Below are positions 10,366-20,406 of a DNA stretch of 64,000 nucleotides, piece after piece. Under the pieces are notes generated by a model, which did not search any database, was not told the DNA's origin, and was given only the letters and a program-made list of their open reading frames with translations. The first letter of the stretch is position 1; every line of letters starts with the position of its first letter. This DNA comes from Macrostomum lignano (taxonomy: Eukaryota). Made by a program: the position numbers and the translations under genes. The stretch is from positions 310,001-374,000 of the forward strand of contig NIVC01000538.1 of assembly GCA_002269645.1 (NCBI GenBank). The letters run 5' to 3'.

Positions 10366-12095
10366 GCAGAGCCGGCGCAGCCGTAGGAGCCCGATGGCGT
10401 GGAGAACGTCAGCAGATCCCTGGACTCCTCGGCGACTTCAATTTGGTGGAACGCTTTGGCGACATCCAGCTCCGAGAAATACGTCGATCCGGCCATTTCG
10501 TCAGTTACCTCTTCGAATGTGGGGATCGGCTGCTTCTCCGGGATGACGTACTTGTTCACCTCGCGGAGGTCCTGGGTGATGCGCACCTCTCCCTGCTCGG
10601 CCTTCGGGACCGCGACCATCCTGGAGCACCAGGCTGTTGGCCCATGCACCCGCTCGATGATTCCCAGGGCAAGCTGCTCTTCCAGCTCTTCGATGACGGC
10701 CGCCCTGAGGTGCACTGGCACTCGGGATGGCGGTTGGCAAACTGGGCTGGCATCTGATCTCAGCTTGATAGTGATGGTGACGCCCTTCACGCATCCAATG
10801 CCCTGAAAGCGGTCGCTGAAGTCGGCCAGAATGCTCTCAAGCTGTAGCTGCTTGGGCAGGTGCTGATCCTCGCATCTCGCTGGTTTGGCCAGGCTGGCCA
10901 CCACCGCCGAGTTCGTGCAGGCCTCTGGGCCGACTCTCAGCATACCGAGCTTCGTGCTGGACGCTCTGCCGAGGATTGGGGTGCAGCTGCTCCGGATGAC
11001 AATGAAGTTCGCCTGCAGCTCGCGGTGGTTCGCCCTGACGGTGAGCGTCGTTTGACCGGCTGCCTCCAGCGGCTCGCTGGCGCCGAGCGCGAAGACTCTG
11101 GTGCTGGACGGCGCAAGTGGCGTGCCGCGGCGGCAAATTCTGCGGAACGTCGCCATGTCCAGTACGTTGCAGCTTGCTCCGCTGTCGATCAGTGTGCAGA
11201 CCTGCTGACCGTTGATGCTGATGGGGAATTTGGCGCTATTGTCCTTGCCGCTGAGCGTGCAGAACACCTCGTTGACTGGCTGGTCTGCAAGCTGGTCTTG
11301 CTCGGGCTGTAGCGCGTTGATCTTCGAGCGGCTGAGGCAGGCCTTGGCCAGGTGGTTGAACTTGCCGCAGTTGGTGCATCGCTTGCCTTGCGCCCTGTTG
11401 CAGCTCCTGTGGCCCGACTCGCCGCATCGGATGCACTTCGCGGATGGCTGCGGCTGGCGCGACAGTTCCGGCGGCGGGTAGCGCTGGCGGCGCACCTGCG
11501 CCACTTCCTCAGAGGCTGCCGCTGTCCTGGACATGATGGCCGCCTGCTTTTCTGCTGCCTCGTGCGTCCTGGCCAGTTGGAGGGTGTCCGCCAGGTTGAT
11601 GTTGGGGATGTTCAGCAGCCGCTTCCTCAGCGACTCGCTGCGGCAGCTGGCCACAATTTGGTCCCTGACGAGCGAATAACGTAGGCTCTCGAACTGGCAG
11701 GCTTCCGAGGCGCTCCAGAGTCTGCTGTGCCAGGCGTCTATCGACTCGCCTTCGTCCTGCACGCACTGGCGGAATTGGTAGCGGAGGAACACAATGTTGT
11801 CGCGACCTTGGAAATGCTTGGTGAACAGAGCGATCAGCTGGTCGACCGTGGGTTCGACTGTAGGTTCGCCTTCTGTTTTGTCGGTCTCTGTTGTTATGAT
11901 TTCGCTATACAGGTCGCTTACTTCTTTGCCTGCCGTGTATAGGAGGATCTGGCGTTTCTGTGTCTCGTTTGTGATGCCCGTGGCCGCCAGGTAGCGTAGA
12001 AGGTTGGATGACCACTCCTGCCAGCGCTTGCTTGTGGAGTGGGGGTCGTCTCTAATGCTAAAGTTACCTGGGGCCGGCAGTTGTAGGAAGGCCAT
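10326..12095 (-). CDS. Gypsy gag-protease-RT N-terminal part (joins pol across a 1-nt frameshift near 10391)
   Basis: Two CCHC-like knuckles (CIRCGESGH.SC; CTNCGKFNHLAKAC), protease LIDSGAS, RT ELDVAKAFHQI. One extra G in tcgggctc would restore SGLLRLRRLCMG. Confidence 0.92.
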   Translation of the reverse strand: MAFLQLPAPGNFSIRDDPHSTSKRWQEWSSNLLRYLAATGITNETQKRQILLYTAGKEVSDLYSEIITTETDKTEGEPTVEPTVDQLIALFTKHFQGRDNIVFLRYQFRQCVQDEGESIDAWHSRLWSASEACQFESLRYSLVRDQIVASCRSESLRKRLLNIPNINLADTLQLARTHEAAEKQAAIMSRTAAASEEVAQVRRQRYPPPELSRQPQPSAKCIRCGESGHRSCNRAQGKRCTNCGKFNHLAKACLSRSKINALQPEQDQLADQPVNEVFCTLSGKDNSAKFPISINGQQVCTLIDSGASCNVLDMATFRRICRRGTPLAPSSTRVFALGASEPLEAAGQTTLTVRANHRELQANFIVIRSSCTPILGRASSTKLGMLRVGPEACTNSAVVASLAKPARCEDQHLPKQLQLESILADFSDRFQGIGCVKGVTITIKLRSDASPVCQPPSRVPVHLRAAVIEELEEQLALGIIERVHGPTAWCSRMVAVPKAEQGEVRITQDLREVNKYVIPEKQPIPTFEEVTDEMAGSTYFSELDVAKAFHQIEVAEESRDLLTFSTPSGSYGCAGSAWATHPPPRSSSG

Positions 12096-12116
12096 GGTTC
12101 AGCCTTGCGACGCCAA

Positions 12117-12321
12117 TGTAATGACTCAGGAGTCAGGCGGTGTTTGTGGCGTGCGAGAAAAAGCCTTAACCCTCCAAGTAGGGTGAGACGATATTTATAT
12201 TTGGAAGCGATCTGATTGCAACGTGCACAATTGAGCCGCGTGCCTTACGTACATAAGTTGAGTAGCGACATGTACGTGCTAATACAATGTACAAGCTAGT
12301 ACTGGCCAGAGTGGCATTACA
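12117..12321 (-). repeat. 5' LTR of gypsy element
   Basis: Identical by eye to 7794-7998. Confidence 0.95.
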
Positions 12322-12771
12322 TATTCGAAGTTGGTTTTTACTATCCGAAGTTAGATTTCACTATCCGAAGTGGGGTTCTGTTCTGTTCTGTTCTGTTCAA
12401 TCTTCTTCTTTGTTTGTTTGTCAGTTTACGAGAGAATTTTTTGCTTCGTCAGTCATGTGAGTTGATTGCTCATTTGATGGTTGTGTAAATGAGCCTTTTG
12501 CCCCTGAGCGAAGCTTGGTGGAGAGACAAATTTTCTCCAGTAGAGCCTATTGACCTACTCTACATAATGCGTGTGCACGCCAATGTGTACACTGCTCACT
12601 GTACATGGTTTTGCCTCGGGTTATATAATAGCCCCTCTTATAACAAACACTGCCAACCCCTCTCACTTTAACCAATTCACACATTTGCGGCTTTGCGACT
12701 ATTCCACTTTTTTCATCAAGTTTTTTCATTTTTTCAATTCATTTTTCAATTTCAATTCTACTCTTAATTCA

Positions 12772-13850
12772 ATGGCAAAGCGGAAGAGCGCAGCACAGAC
12801 GAGTCGCGAAGCGAAACAGCGTCGCAGAAATGAGAGCCAGCAGCAACAGGTGGAGCGCATGGAAGCCCAACGGGAATCAATGCGTAGAAACCGGGAGGCC
12901 GAATCTGATGCTGCCCGAGAAGCCCGTCTCGAGGAGGAGAAGAGGCGCGCTACTGACCGTCGAGCGAGCGAGTCAGAGGCTGCCCGACAGGCCCGTCTGG
13001 AGGAGGATGTGCAACACGTGCTGCTGACCGTCGAGCGAGCGAGTCAGAGGCTGTCCGACAGGCCCGTCTGGAGGAGGATGTGCAGCACGTGCTGCTGACC
13101 GTCGAGCGAGCGAGTCAGAGGCTGTCCGACAGGCCCGTCTGGAGGAGGATGTGCAGCACGTGCTGCTGACCGTCGAGCGAGCGAGTCAGAGGCTGTCCGA
13201 CAGGCCCGTCTGGAGGAGGATGTGCAACACGTGCTGCTGACCGTCGAGCGAGCGAGTCAGAGGCTGCCCGACAGGCCCGTCTGGAGGAGGATGTGCAACA
13301 CGTGCTGCTGACCGTCGAGCGAGCGAGTCAGAGGCTGTCCGACAGGCCCGTCTGGAGGAGGATGTGCAACACGTGCTGCTGACCGTCGAGCGAGCGAGTC
13401 AGAGGCTGTCCGACAGGCCCGTCTGGAGGAGGATGTGCAACACGTGCTGCTGACCGTCGAGCGAGCGAGTCAGAGGCTGTCCGACAGGCCCGTCTGGAGG
13501 AGGATGTGCAACACGTGCTGCTGACCGTCGAGCGAGCGAGTCAGAGGCTGTCCGACAGGCCCGTCTGGAGGAGGATGTGCAACACGTGCTGCTGACCGTC
13601 GAGCGAGCGAGTCAGAGGCTGTCTGACAGGCCCGTCTGGAGGAGGATGTGCAACACGTGCTGCTGACCGTCGAGCGAGCGAGTCAGAGGCTGTCCGACAG
13701 GCCCGTCTGGAGGAGGATGTGCAACACGTGCTGCTGACCGTCGAGCGAGCGAGTCAGAGGCTGCCCGACAAGCCCGTCTGGAGGAGTTGAGGAGCCGATT
13801 CATGAGACGGCGAACTGACGAAGTACGAGCTAGACATGATGGACTGCTCG
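12772..13850 (+). pseudogene. Helitron RepHel N-terminal charged-repeat region with a 71-bp tandem array
   Basis: MAKRKSAAQTSREAKQRRRNESQQQQVERMEAQRESMRRNREAESDAAREARLEEE resembles Helitron N-termini; ends at donor-like gtaagt (13851). A Rep domain lies downstream on the same strand. Confidence 0.6.
12955..13785 (+). repeat. Tandem array of ~12 x 71 bp
   Basis: Unit starts at 12955, 13026, ... 13736 (period 71). Confidence 0.95.
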
Positions 13851-14372
13851 TAAGTTTATTTGTTTGTTACATCTAAATAAATATTAGCATATTAGAAAGC
13901 CTTATTATATGCATTTATTACTTTTTATATGCTCATCTACTTATCCCCTATATATAAAACTCTACTCGTGCGTGCGTGCGTGCGTACGGTCGACCAGCTT
14001 TGTACCTTACTAAAGTTGCTGCTTTGTTTGTTTTCATTATCTAAATGCTCATAATAAAAAAGATTTGGCTACTAAAATAATAATTTTCAAATTTGTTATT
14101 TCGTGTCCCAAGCATTGACACCCCGGAGTGCCGGGCTGTTCTCATGACCTGTGTTGTCCAACCCCTCAGCTAAGCAAAGCCGTTGGCTGATTGGCCCAAA
14201 GCGAGTAGTGTAGACAGGTAGACCGATCCTGGCTTTCGCTGATTGGCTGAGGCTAGCCCTGGCACGGGGGCTGGCGGGCCTGTGACTCAGCTTTCACACC
14301 TAACCGGCCGGGGCCTTGGGGTCGGAGGAAGTCCCTTATCACCGTGCAATAGTAGGTCGAAGTGTGCTGGGG

Positions 14373-14482
14373 GGTTCTTATGAAAGTATTCTCTATGCTC
14401 AATGCTGAATATGTGCATCGATTAGGCGAAAATTGGTGTACATTTTCAGCATAAAGCATGGAGAATACTTTCATAAGAAACC
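14373..14482. mobile_element. ~110-bp MITE-like element
   Basis: ~27-bp terminal inverted repeats ggttcttatgaaagtattctctatgct / agcatggagaatactttcataagaaacc. Confidence 0.65.
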
Positions 14483-14856
14483 ACCCTGGCCAGCTCTCAC
14501 GCTAGATTAGCCCCGCCCCCCAGCCCAATGACTGCCATAGCCTCCTTGAGCTGTGTAAACCCATTGCATGTACCTCTTTAGACAGACTGATGAAAGCAGG
14601 CTGGGGGTAAAGGGTGGAAAACTTCTCTACTTTAATTCACTCCGTCTGGAGCTCAAGAACTGGAACATTAGAGCCACAGAGTTCTATTATTGGGCTGCCT
14701 GCCGATTCAACTTGTTCGGTGCCAAGATATTGGCCAAATGAATAATTGCAGACTTTTTTCAACCCAACTTTAATGCCATGCCTCGAATTTTTTATGCCTG
14801 AAATTTGTTATTTCATCTATTGCTATTATTTGGGTGCCTGCCGATGTAACTTGTTC

Positions 14857-14996
14857 GGGGCCCTTATTCATAACCGAGACTTAGATACTAACTTATGTTA
14901 GCTGACTTTGAATGTCTTGTTACGAATGGCAATTTAGTCAGAAAACTGTTGTCTAACTCAAGTTAGTCACTTATTCTCGGTATGAATAGGGGCCCT
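14857..14996. mobile_element. ~140-bp MITE-like element
   Basis: TIRs ggggcccttattcataaccgaga / tctcggtatgaataggggccc. It interrupts one copy of a local duplication whose other copy (~14697-14760) is uninterrupted. Confidence 0.65.
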
Positions 14997-15104
14997 GATC
15001 AGAAGATTGGCCAAATTAATAATTGTAGACTGTTTTCAACACAACTTTAATACCATGCCTCAAATTTGCTATTTCGTCTTCCAAGCTTTCAACCATTTTT
15101 CACA

Positions 15105-16523
15105 CAGGCTCGAGAGCGCAGAAGTCTCCATGGCATGTAAGAGACAAGCTCTCAGTCGACGACGGCATCATTCTATGCGGATGTTGTTGCGTCATACCAC
15201 ATGCAATGAGGAAGCAGATTTTGACGGACTTACACGCAAGTCACCAAGGTCTGTACAAGACAAAGCAGAGAGCAAGGATGGTCGTCTACTGGCCTGACAT
15301 CGATCGGGACATTGAAAATACAGTCAAGCAGTGTCATTCCTGTCGGGAACATCTACCATCGCAGATCAGGGAGCCGATGACAACCCAGGACCAACCGGAT
15401 CGATGTTTTCAACACATACATGCAGATTTTTGCGAGCATGCCGGCAAGAAGTTCCTTGTGCTCGTGGATGCATACTCAGGCTGGTCAGCGTTCTGTCATT
15501 TCGGTGATCGAGCACCCACGTACAAGCTGATAAACGCTTGCCGCGAATTCTTTTGCCAAACAGCTGTACCGGAGAAATTCTGTGCTGACTGTGGGCCACA
15601 ATTTAAAGCACAGCCGTTCGTTAATTTTTTACGTCGCTGGGGTGTGAACATCAGATACTCATCGTCATCTCCGTATTACCATCAAAGCAATGGAAGAGCA
15701 GAAGCTGCCGTGAAAAGTATAAAGAAGATCGTTCGAGGAGCATGGGACAGTCGCTTGAATGACTTGGACAAAGACAAGATGGCTCAGGGTTTGCTGCAGC
15801 TGCGAAACATGCCCATGTACGATGGCAGAATTCCATCTGTAATGGTCTATGGACACACAGTCAGAGACACGCTGCCCGCGCATAGGAAAAGTTTTGCAAA
15901 GGAATGGAAGGACAAGGTCTGGAAAATGGAGGAAAAAGCTGCAGAAATTCACGCTAAAGTTCATCAACACTACAATGCCTCGAAGCGACAACTGGAACCT
16001 CTCCGAGTCGGCAGTCACGTTGTTCTTCAAAACCCTGTCACAAAGCTTTGGGACAAGAAGGGCGTCGTAGTAGAAGTTGGTCGGCACCAGGACTACATGG
16101 TCAAGTTAGTAAGCGGCCGAATTTTCCGTCGCAATCGCGTGTACATCCGCCGATGTCTACCACAGTAACAGCTCTCTACTACAGGTGCATCTCGGAAGCA
16201 AGGTGAAGCACAAGACGCCCCGGACAAGCCAAAGACCGCACAGCCAAGGCGAAGTCAACGGTCGAACAAGGGAGTCCCGGCACCCAAGTTGCATTACAGG
16301 AAGTTGGGTGAACCAGTTAACGCTTAAAAGGGGAGATGAGGAAGAAAGAACTGTAAAACTGTTTTGCTTAAAAGGGGAGATGTTGTGTGCGTATGCGAAT
16401 TATTCGTCTATGTGCGAAACCATCTGCCCCCGTTTATATGTCGACCCCAAACAAGCGACCAAATATATTAACTCATTCTCGGCCTAGCACCGATTACTGT
16501 GGCTTAATGCCAAGAACATAACA
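15105..16523 (+). mobile_element. 5'-truncated Ty3/gypsy remnant: integrase, PPT and short 3' LTR (16381-16523)
   Basis: PPT ttaaaaggggaga directly before TGTTGTG...CATAACA; integrase ORF upstream. Confidence 0.8.
15206..16168 (+). CDS. Gypsy integrase (remnant)
   Basis: LHASHQG...CHSC zinc motif, HIHADF, ADCGPQF, SNGRAEAAVK, RRNR tail. Confidence 0.88.
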   Translation: MRKQILTDLHASHQGLYKTKQRARMVVYWPDIDRDIENTVKQCHSCREHLPSQIREPMTTQDQPDRCFQHIHADFCEHAGKKFLVLVDAYSGWSAFCHFGDRAPTYKLINACREFFCQTAVPEKFCADCGPQFKAQPFVNFLRRWGVNIRYSSSSPYYHQSNGRAEAAVKSIKKIVRGAWDSRLNDLDKDKMAQGLLQLRNMPMYDGRIPSVMVYGHTVRDTLPAHRKSFAKEWKDKVWKMEEKAAEIHAKVHQHYNASKRQLEPLRVGSHVVLQNPVTKLWDKKGVVVEVGRHQDYMVKLVSGRIFRRNRVYIRRCLPQ

Positions 16524-16596
16524 GTTATAACGAAACTTAAAAATGTAAACGAAAGCAAAAGTAAAATAAGCGTAATAAGTGATTCAGTTTCTACAG

Positions 16597-17307
16597 AATT
16601 TGTATCCCATGAACTCCGTTAAAATCATGCGCTACAACTTGCCTACGGCAAACGAGGTCGGTATCCTGATCGTTGAGGACAATGAGGACGCACCGGCCAG
16701 TCGGGACGTCGTGATTCAGCTGCGTGGTGGCAGTTCCCAGCGAATCAGCGAGACACACCGCTCATATGACCCGCTGGAGTATGTGCTGCTGTTCCCGAAT
16801 GGCGAAGATGGCTGGCACCCGGAGTTGCGGATGAGTAATGGCAAGAAATTGACGCCCATGAAGTACTATGCAAGCGAAATCATGGTGCGAGCGGGCCAGT
16901 TCAGTTTGCTGCACTATGGCCGAAGATTATTTCAACAGTACCTGGTGGACATGTGTGCCAAGATTGAGGCAGAGAGGTTGCTGTATTTTTGGACCCATCA
17001 GCAGGACCTGCGCAGCGAGACATACAGCGGTCTGCGGGACGCTCTGTTTGCAGCTGATGGCAGGTCTACCGACAGAGATCCGAGTGACATAGGCAAGCCC
17101 GCGCATGTGCTTCTGTCTTCGAGCTTTGTTGGCGGGCAAAGGTACCTGATGGAGAGGCTTCAGGACGCTATGACCTATGTACACAAGTTTGGTAAGCCGG
17201 ACCTGTTTGTCACGGCAACATGCAATCCGAATTGGCCGGAGATTAGCGCTCAGCTGCTGCCTGGACAGCGGGCTGAACACCGGCTGGACATTGTTAGCCG
17301 AGTCTTT
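16597..17307 (+). pseudogene. Helitron Rep (Helitron_like_N) domain fragment
   Basis: RYNLPTANEV, SYDPLEYVLLFPNGEDGWH, RLFQQYLVDM, LSSSFVGGQRY, GKPDLFVTATCNPNWPEI, RLDIVSRVF; cut off at ~17307 by LTR sequence. Acceptor-like ttctacag at 16596. Confidence 0.92.
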
Positions 17308-18050
17308 GGGTCTCGGCCTAATGGCCGCTGGACGGGTCAAGGTTCGGGCCCTCCCCGCCTGAGACACCCCGGTCCCAGCCCTCACCCCGGCTATTCCTAC
17401 CCTGTCTCGCTCGGTTCGGCGAGAGTTCGCCTGACCGAACACCCTTGGGATCGGCGAGAGTTCACCGTTCCCAGGTCCCTGCAGATCCCGGCCCCATGCG
17501 GCAACCCAGAAGAACGAAAGCTCGAGCTCACCTCTCCAGTCAGATACTTGGAATTTAACGAAGTATTTATTGGCCGAGAGCAGATAGTTTGATCGAACAA
17601 ATCGCAAGCGATCACAACAGTTAAGCGAACGAACTAGCAGAATGCAGACGAACGAGCAAAGTGCAGATGAACAACGAGCGGACACCAATAGAGAAAAACG
17701 TGGAGCGCAGCCCGCTCAGGGCTAGCATTTAAATAATACACAAAAAGGGGGGAGGGGTGGGGCAGACTGGAGAGGGCGAGTCAAACCCTGGGGCCCAGCC
17801 GGCTTATCAACCAGCCAGCCAATACGAGCAGCCCCAGGGTGAGGCGGGCAACGAGGGAGGGGGGGTAGTGTCGGCACCCAGATTGGACAGAGGTTGGGCC
17901 GGGGGCTGGGTGCAAAGGGCTAGGTCAGGGTTGAGACTTACGCCTCTCACAAACCCTGGCCCGGGCGCGAGACGGGGGAGGGGGCGGGATGGCAAGCAAA
18001 ATTGATACACAAGTACGAGTACATACGCACTGGAAGGGCGCAGCCCAACA
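17308..18050 (-). repeat. 3' LTR of the cargo-bearing gypsy element (left boundary uncertain)
   Basis: PPT followed by TG start on minus; GC-rich LTR-like composition similar in style to 2591-3434 and 30655-31327. Confidence 0.65.
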
Positions 18051-18410
18051 TCCTCCCCCTCCAAGAAAAGAAGAGGAGAAAAGGGATGTCAAGCAGCAAC
18101 AAAAAATTGGAAAACAAAAAGCAACGCATGACAAGCAAGTCTGACAAAACTGAGAGGCCAATTCGAACAAAATAGCAAAAACGGGGTTTGGGCCATAGAC
18201 GAAAAAAAACCCATCACCATTTCTATTGGGCCATGCGATCACGGCAGCGTAAGCAATTCACGACATGTTAATTCAAAAAACGACGGCCGAAAAATAACTG
18301 AAAAACTTTGACGCGACGCGTGGATATCGCCGGCATTACAAAAAAAAACAAAAACGAAAAAATAAAACGGGGACACAAACTATTGCGTACGCAAAAATTG
18401 AAAACGGGCT

Positions 18411-20099
18411 TTAAGAACGAACTTCTACAATCGGCCAAAAAAATCGACTACAATTGGTCGCAAACAGTCGAGTCCAGTACCCGCGATCACATTCACTGTC
18501 CGCTAGGGCTTCCGGCACGAACTTGATGGCTGTCGGGTCCTTGGGGTCTCCACCAAACGGTGCGACCGATGTCACTAGCAGGCGCTGCCGCGGGAGACGC
18601 TTAGCCCGTTGGACCGCTCGCGGGGATCCTCGGCACCGAGCGGACACCTCGAAGAAGACCCCGTGGCACTCGCTCACCAGCGCGGCCTCGACGGCCTCCG
18701 GCAAATCCAGGTCCTCGGCCAGCATGACGCTCATCGCTTTAAACTCCGGCTGCCGGAGGAATCCTAGGGCGACCGCCCAGGCAGGTTCGCCGCCTTCAAC
18801 TCGGAACAAAACCGGCAGGCCGAACTCCTTGGCAAGCAAGAACTGCTCCATTGCCGCCGTTAACTGGTCCTGGCGCTGCGACCTCTCAGCGTTCCAATTG
18901 AGCTCGACTTCGCCGACTGCCACGACACGCGGCCAGCTACCCGCTAGAAATCGTCGTACATCGTCTCGCAGCGATGGCCACCGCGGTGCAGCACTGGCCT
19001 TCAGGCCCAGGGCGAACACGATCCGTCGGTCTTGCAGCAGTGGTCGGACAACGGGACATTCTAGACGCAGACAGTACGGCGAGTTTACAGCCGCTAGACA
19101 TCGACGCACGCCACGAAGGTCCTCGGGCTGAATTGACCGGCCCAGCCTCGTTAGGTATGTCTTTGCATCGACGAGACGCTTAGCCGAGCTGACCTTGCGC
19201 TGGTTCGGGTCGTCACGGGGGCAGACCTCCTGGACCGTGTCGGCCGGTCGTACTTGCTCGGAGTCGACACCCGTTAACTCTTCGGTCGCCAAGTCGCGCT
19301 GGGCCGTCAGCTGAGTTTGAGAAAGGTGCGGCCCGTCACTCTCCTCCGGGCGCCGCGCGAGGCCAGGATCCACTAAGAGAGACAGACCCCGGAGCCTCCC
19401 CAACAAGGGACCCCCCAACTCACACAGCTCAAAACCCCGCACAGCCAACAACACGCACTCAAACGCCGCCTGCAGCACCGAAGGCGGGACCCTCCGACAC
19501 TTCCTGGAACCACCACCAGAACCTCTCTTCCGCCCATACTGATTACACAGAAACGATACAGACACGGCTAAGAACCTAGACAACTGCTCAGGCACACCCA
19601 CACCAGCCCCATCAAGAAACCTCGCCACCTCCTGAACCACTAGGCAAGCTCCATCACTATCTCCAGCCCTCAACCGCGCCAACAGCGCACCTCTCAGCCG
19701 CCTACACTCGGCAACCCCAGCCGGAGTCAATAACTCGGCTGGGATCTCCGCGCGAACTGGAGCTTCCCCTGCGGCGCTTCCCTTAAGACTAGCCAAAGCT
19801 AACCTGACCTGCTCGGGCAACTCAACGTCAGGGGGAGGATTGAAAAAGTACGCGTACTTTAACAACCCTTGACACGCTGCCTCTCCACCCCGATCGTACA
19901 CTTCCCGAAATACTGGGTCAGATAAAACGCACATCGCCATCACGTCCCGCTGAGACTCCGGAGATTCTACCTCGGCAGGACAGACGCGGGGCCGCTTTGA
20001 GTACAGACGACTACACGCTGCCTCAATTTCCGCAGAGTTAGCAGTCCGACCCACGCCTAATACGCCATACAAATCAGTCGGTGTTCCTGGCGACGACAT
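18411..20099 (-). CDS. 562-aa extra ORF: degenerate J-domain (N-term) plus degenerate TatD-like amidohydrolase fold (C-term)
   Basis: First ATG at 20099 (track start 20135 is GTG). N-term DLYGVLGVGRTANSAEIEAACSRL...LSDPVFREVYDRGG fits DnaJ helices but HPD reads RPR. C-term RLVDAKTYL, IVFALGL, RVVAVGEVELNW, LAKEFGLPVLFR, LPRQRLLVTSVAPF, PTAIKFVPEALA, TNCSRFF follows TatD block order. Confidence 0.8.
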   Translation of the reverse strand: MSSPGTPTDLYGVLGVGRTANSAEIEAACSRLYSKRPRVCPAEVESPESQRDVMAMCVLSDPVFREVYDRGGEAACQGLLKYAYFFNPPPDVELPEQVRLALASLKGSAAGEAPVRAEIPAELLTPAGVAECRRLRGALLARLRAGDSDGACLVVQEVARFLDGAGVGVPEQLSRFLAVSVSFLCNQYGRKRGSGGGSRKCRRVPPSVLQAAFECVLLAVRGFELCELGGPLLGRLRGLSLLVDPGLARRPEESDGPHLSQTQLTAQRDLATEELTGVDSEQVRPADTVQEVCPRDDPNQRKVSSAKRLVDAKTYLTRLGRSIQPEDLRGVRRCLAAVNSPYCLRLECPVVRPLLQDRRIVFALGLKASAAPRWPSLRDDVRRFLAGSWPRVVAVGEVELNWNAERSQRQDQLTAAMEQFLLAKEFGLPVLFRVEGGEPAWAVALGFLRQPEFKAMSVMLAEDLDLPEAVEAALVSECHGVFFEVSARCRGSPRAVQRAKRLPRQRLLVTSVAPFGGDPKDPTAIKFVPEALADSECDRGYWTRLFATNCSRFFWPIVEVRS

Positions 20100-20406
20100 A
20101 GTCCTCTTGCAATGATGACATTTAAACCCAATCACTACCTATGTCTTGCGGACTAGCAACCGTGACCCTTGCCTGATCCATCTCATAGCATGTTAATTTT
20201 TCAATACGATTGAGAACGCTTCTTGCCTAGTATATTTTGTAATTTTAATACATTTAATGTTTTTATGTGCTTTTCATGTATCCCATTTTATTATTTTTTG
20301 TGCTTTTGTCTTTGTGTTTTTTTAATTTACTTTATTTCCGGCTTTCTACCATGGACAGCATATTAAAAATCAATTTTGGACAACCACCTTGCGAGCCCAT
20401 TGCGAA

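Larger units (their letters stand above)
7794..12321 (-). mobile_element. Full-length young Ty3/gypsy LTR retrotransposon
   Basis: Two 205-bp TG...CA LTRs that look identical (7794-7998, 12117-12321); PPT (gaggaggaa on minus) next to 7998; TGG-starting PBS next to 12116; gag-PR-RT-RH-IN order; flanks CATTC/TATTC (5-bp TSD with one mismatch). Confidence 0.95.

Noticed and set aside
8164-12000. Many antisense and alternate-frame ORFs over the gypsy element (likewise over 21000-28700)
   Set aside because: Shadow ORFs of GC-rich pol coding sequence with no recognizable motifs.
18411-20135. Retroviral env as identity of the extra ORF
   Set aside because: No signal peptide, furin site plus fusion peptide, or C-terminal TM helix visible; J and TatD patterns fit better.
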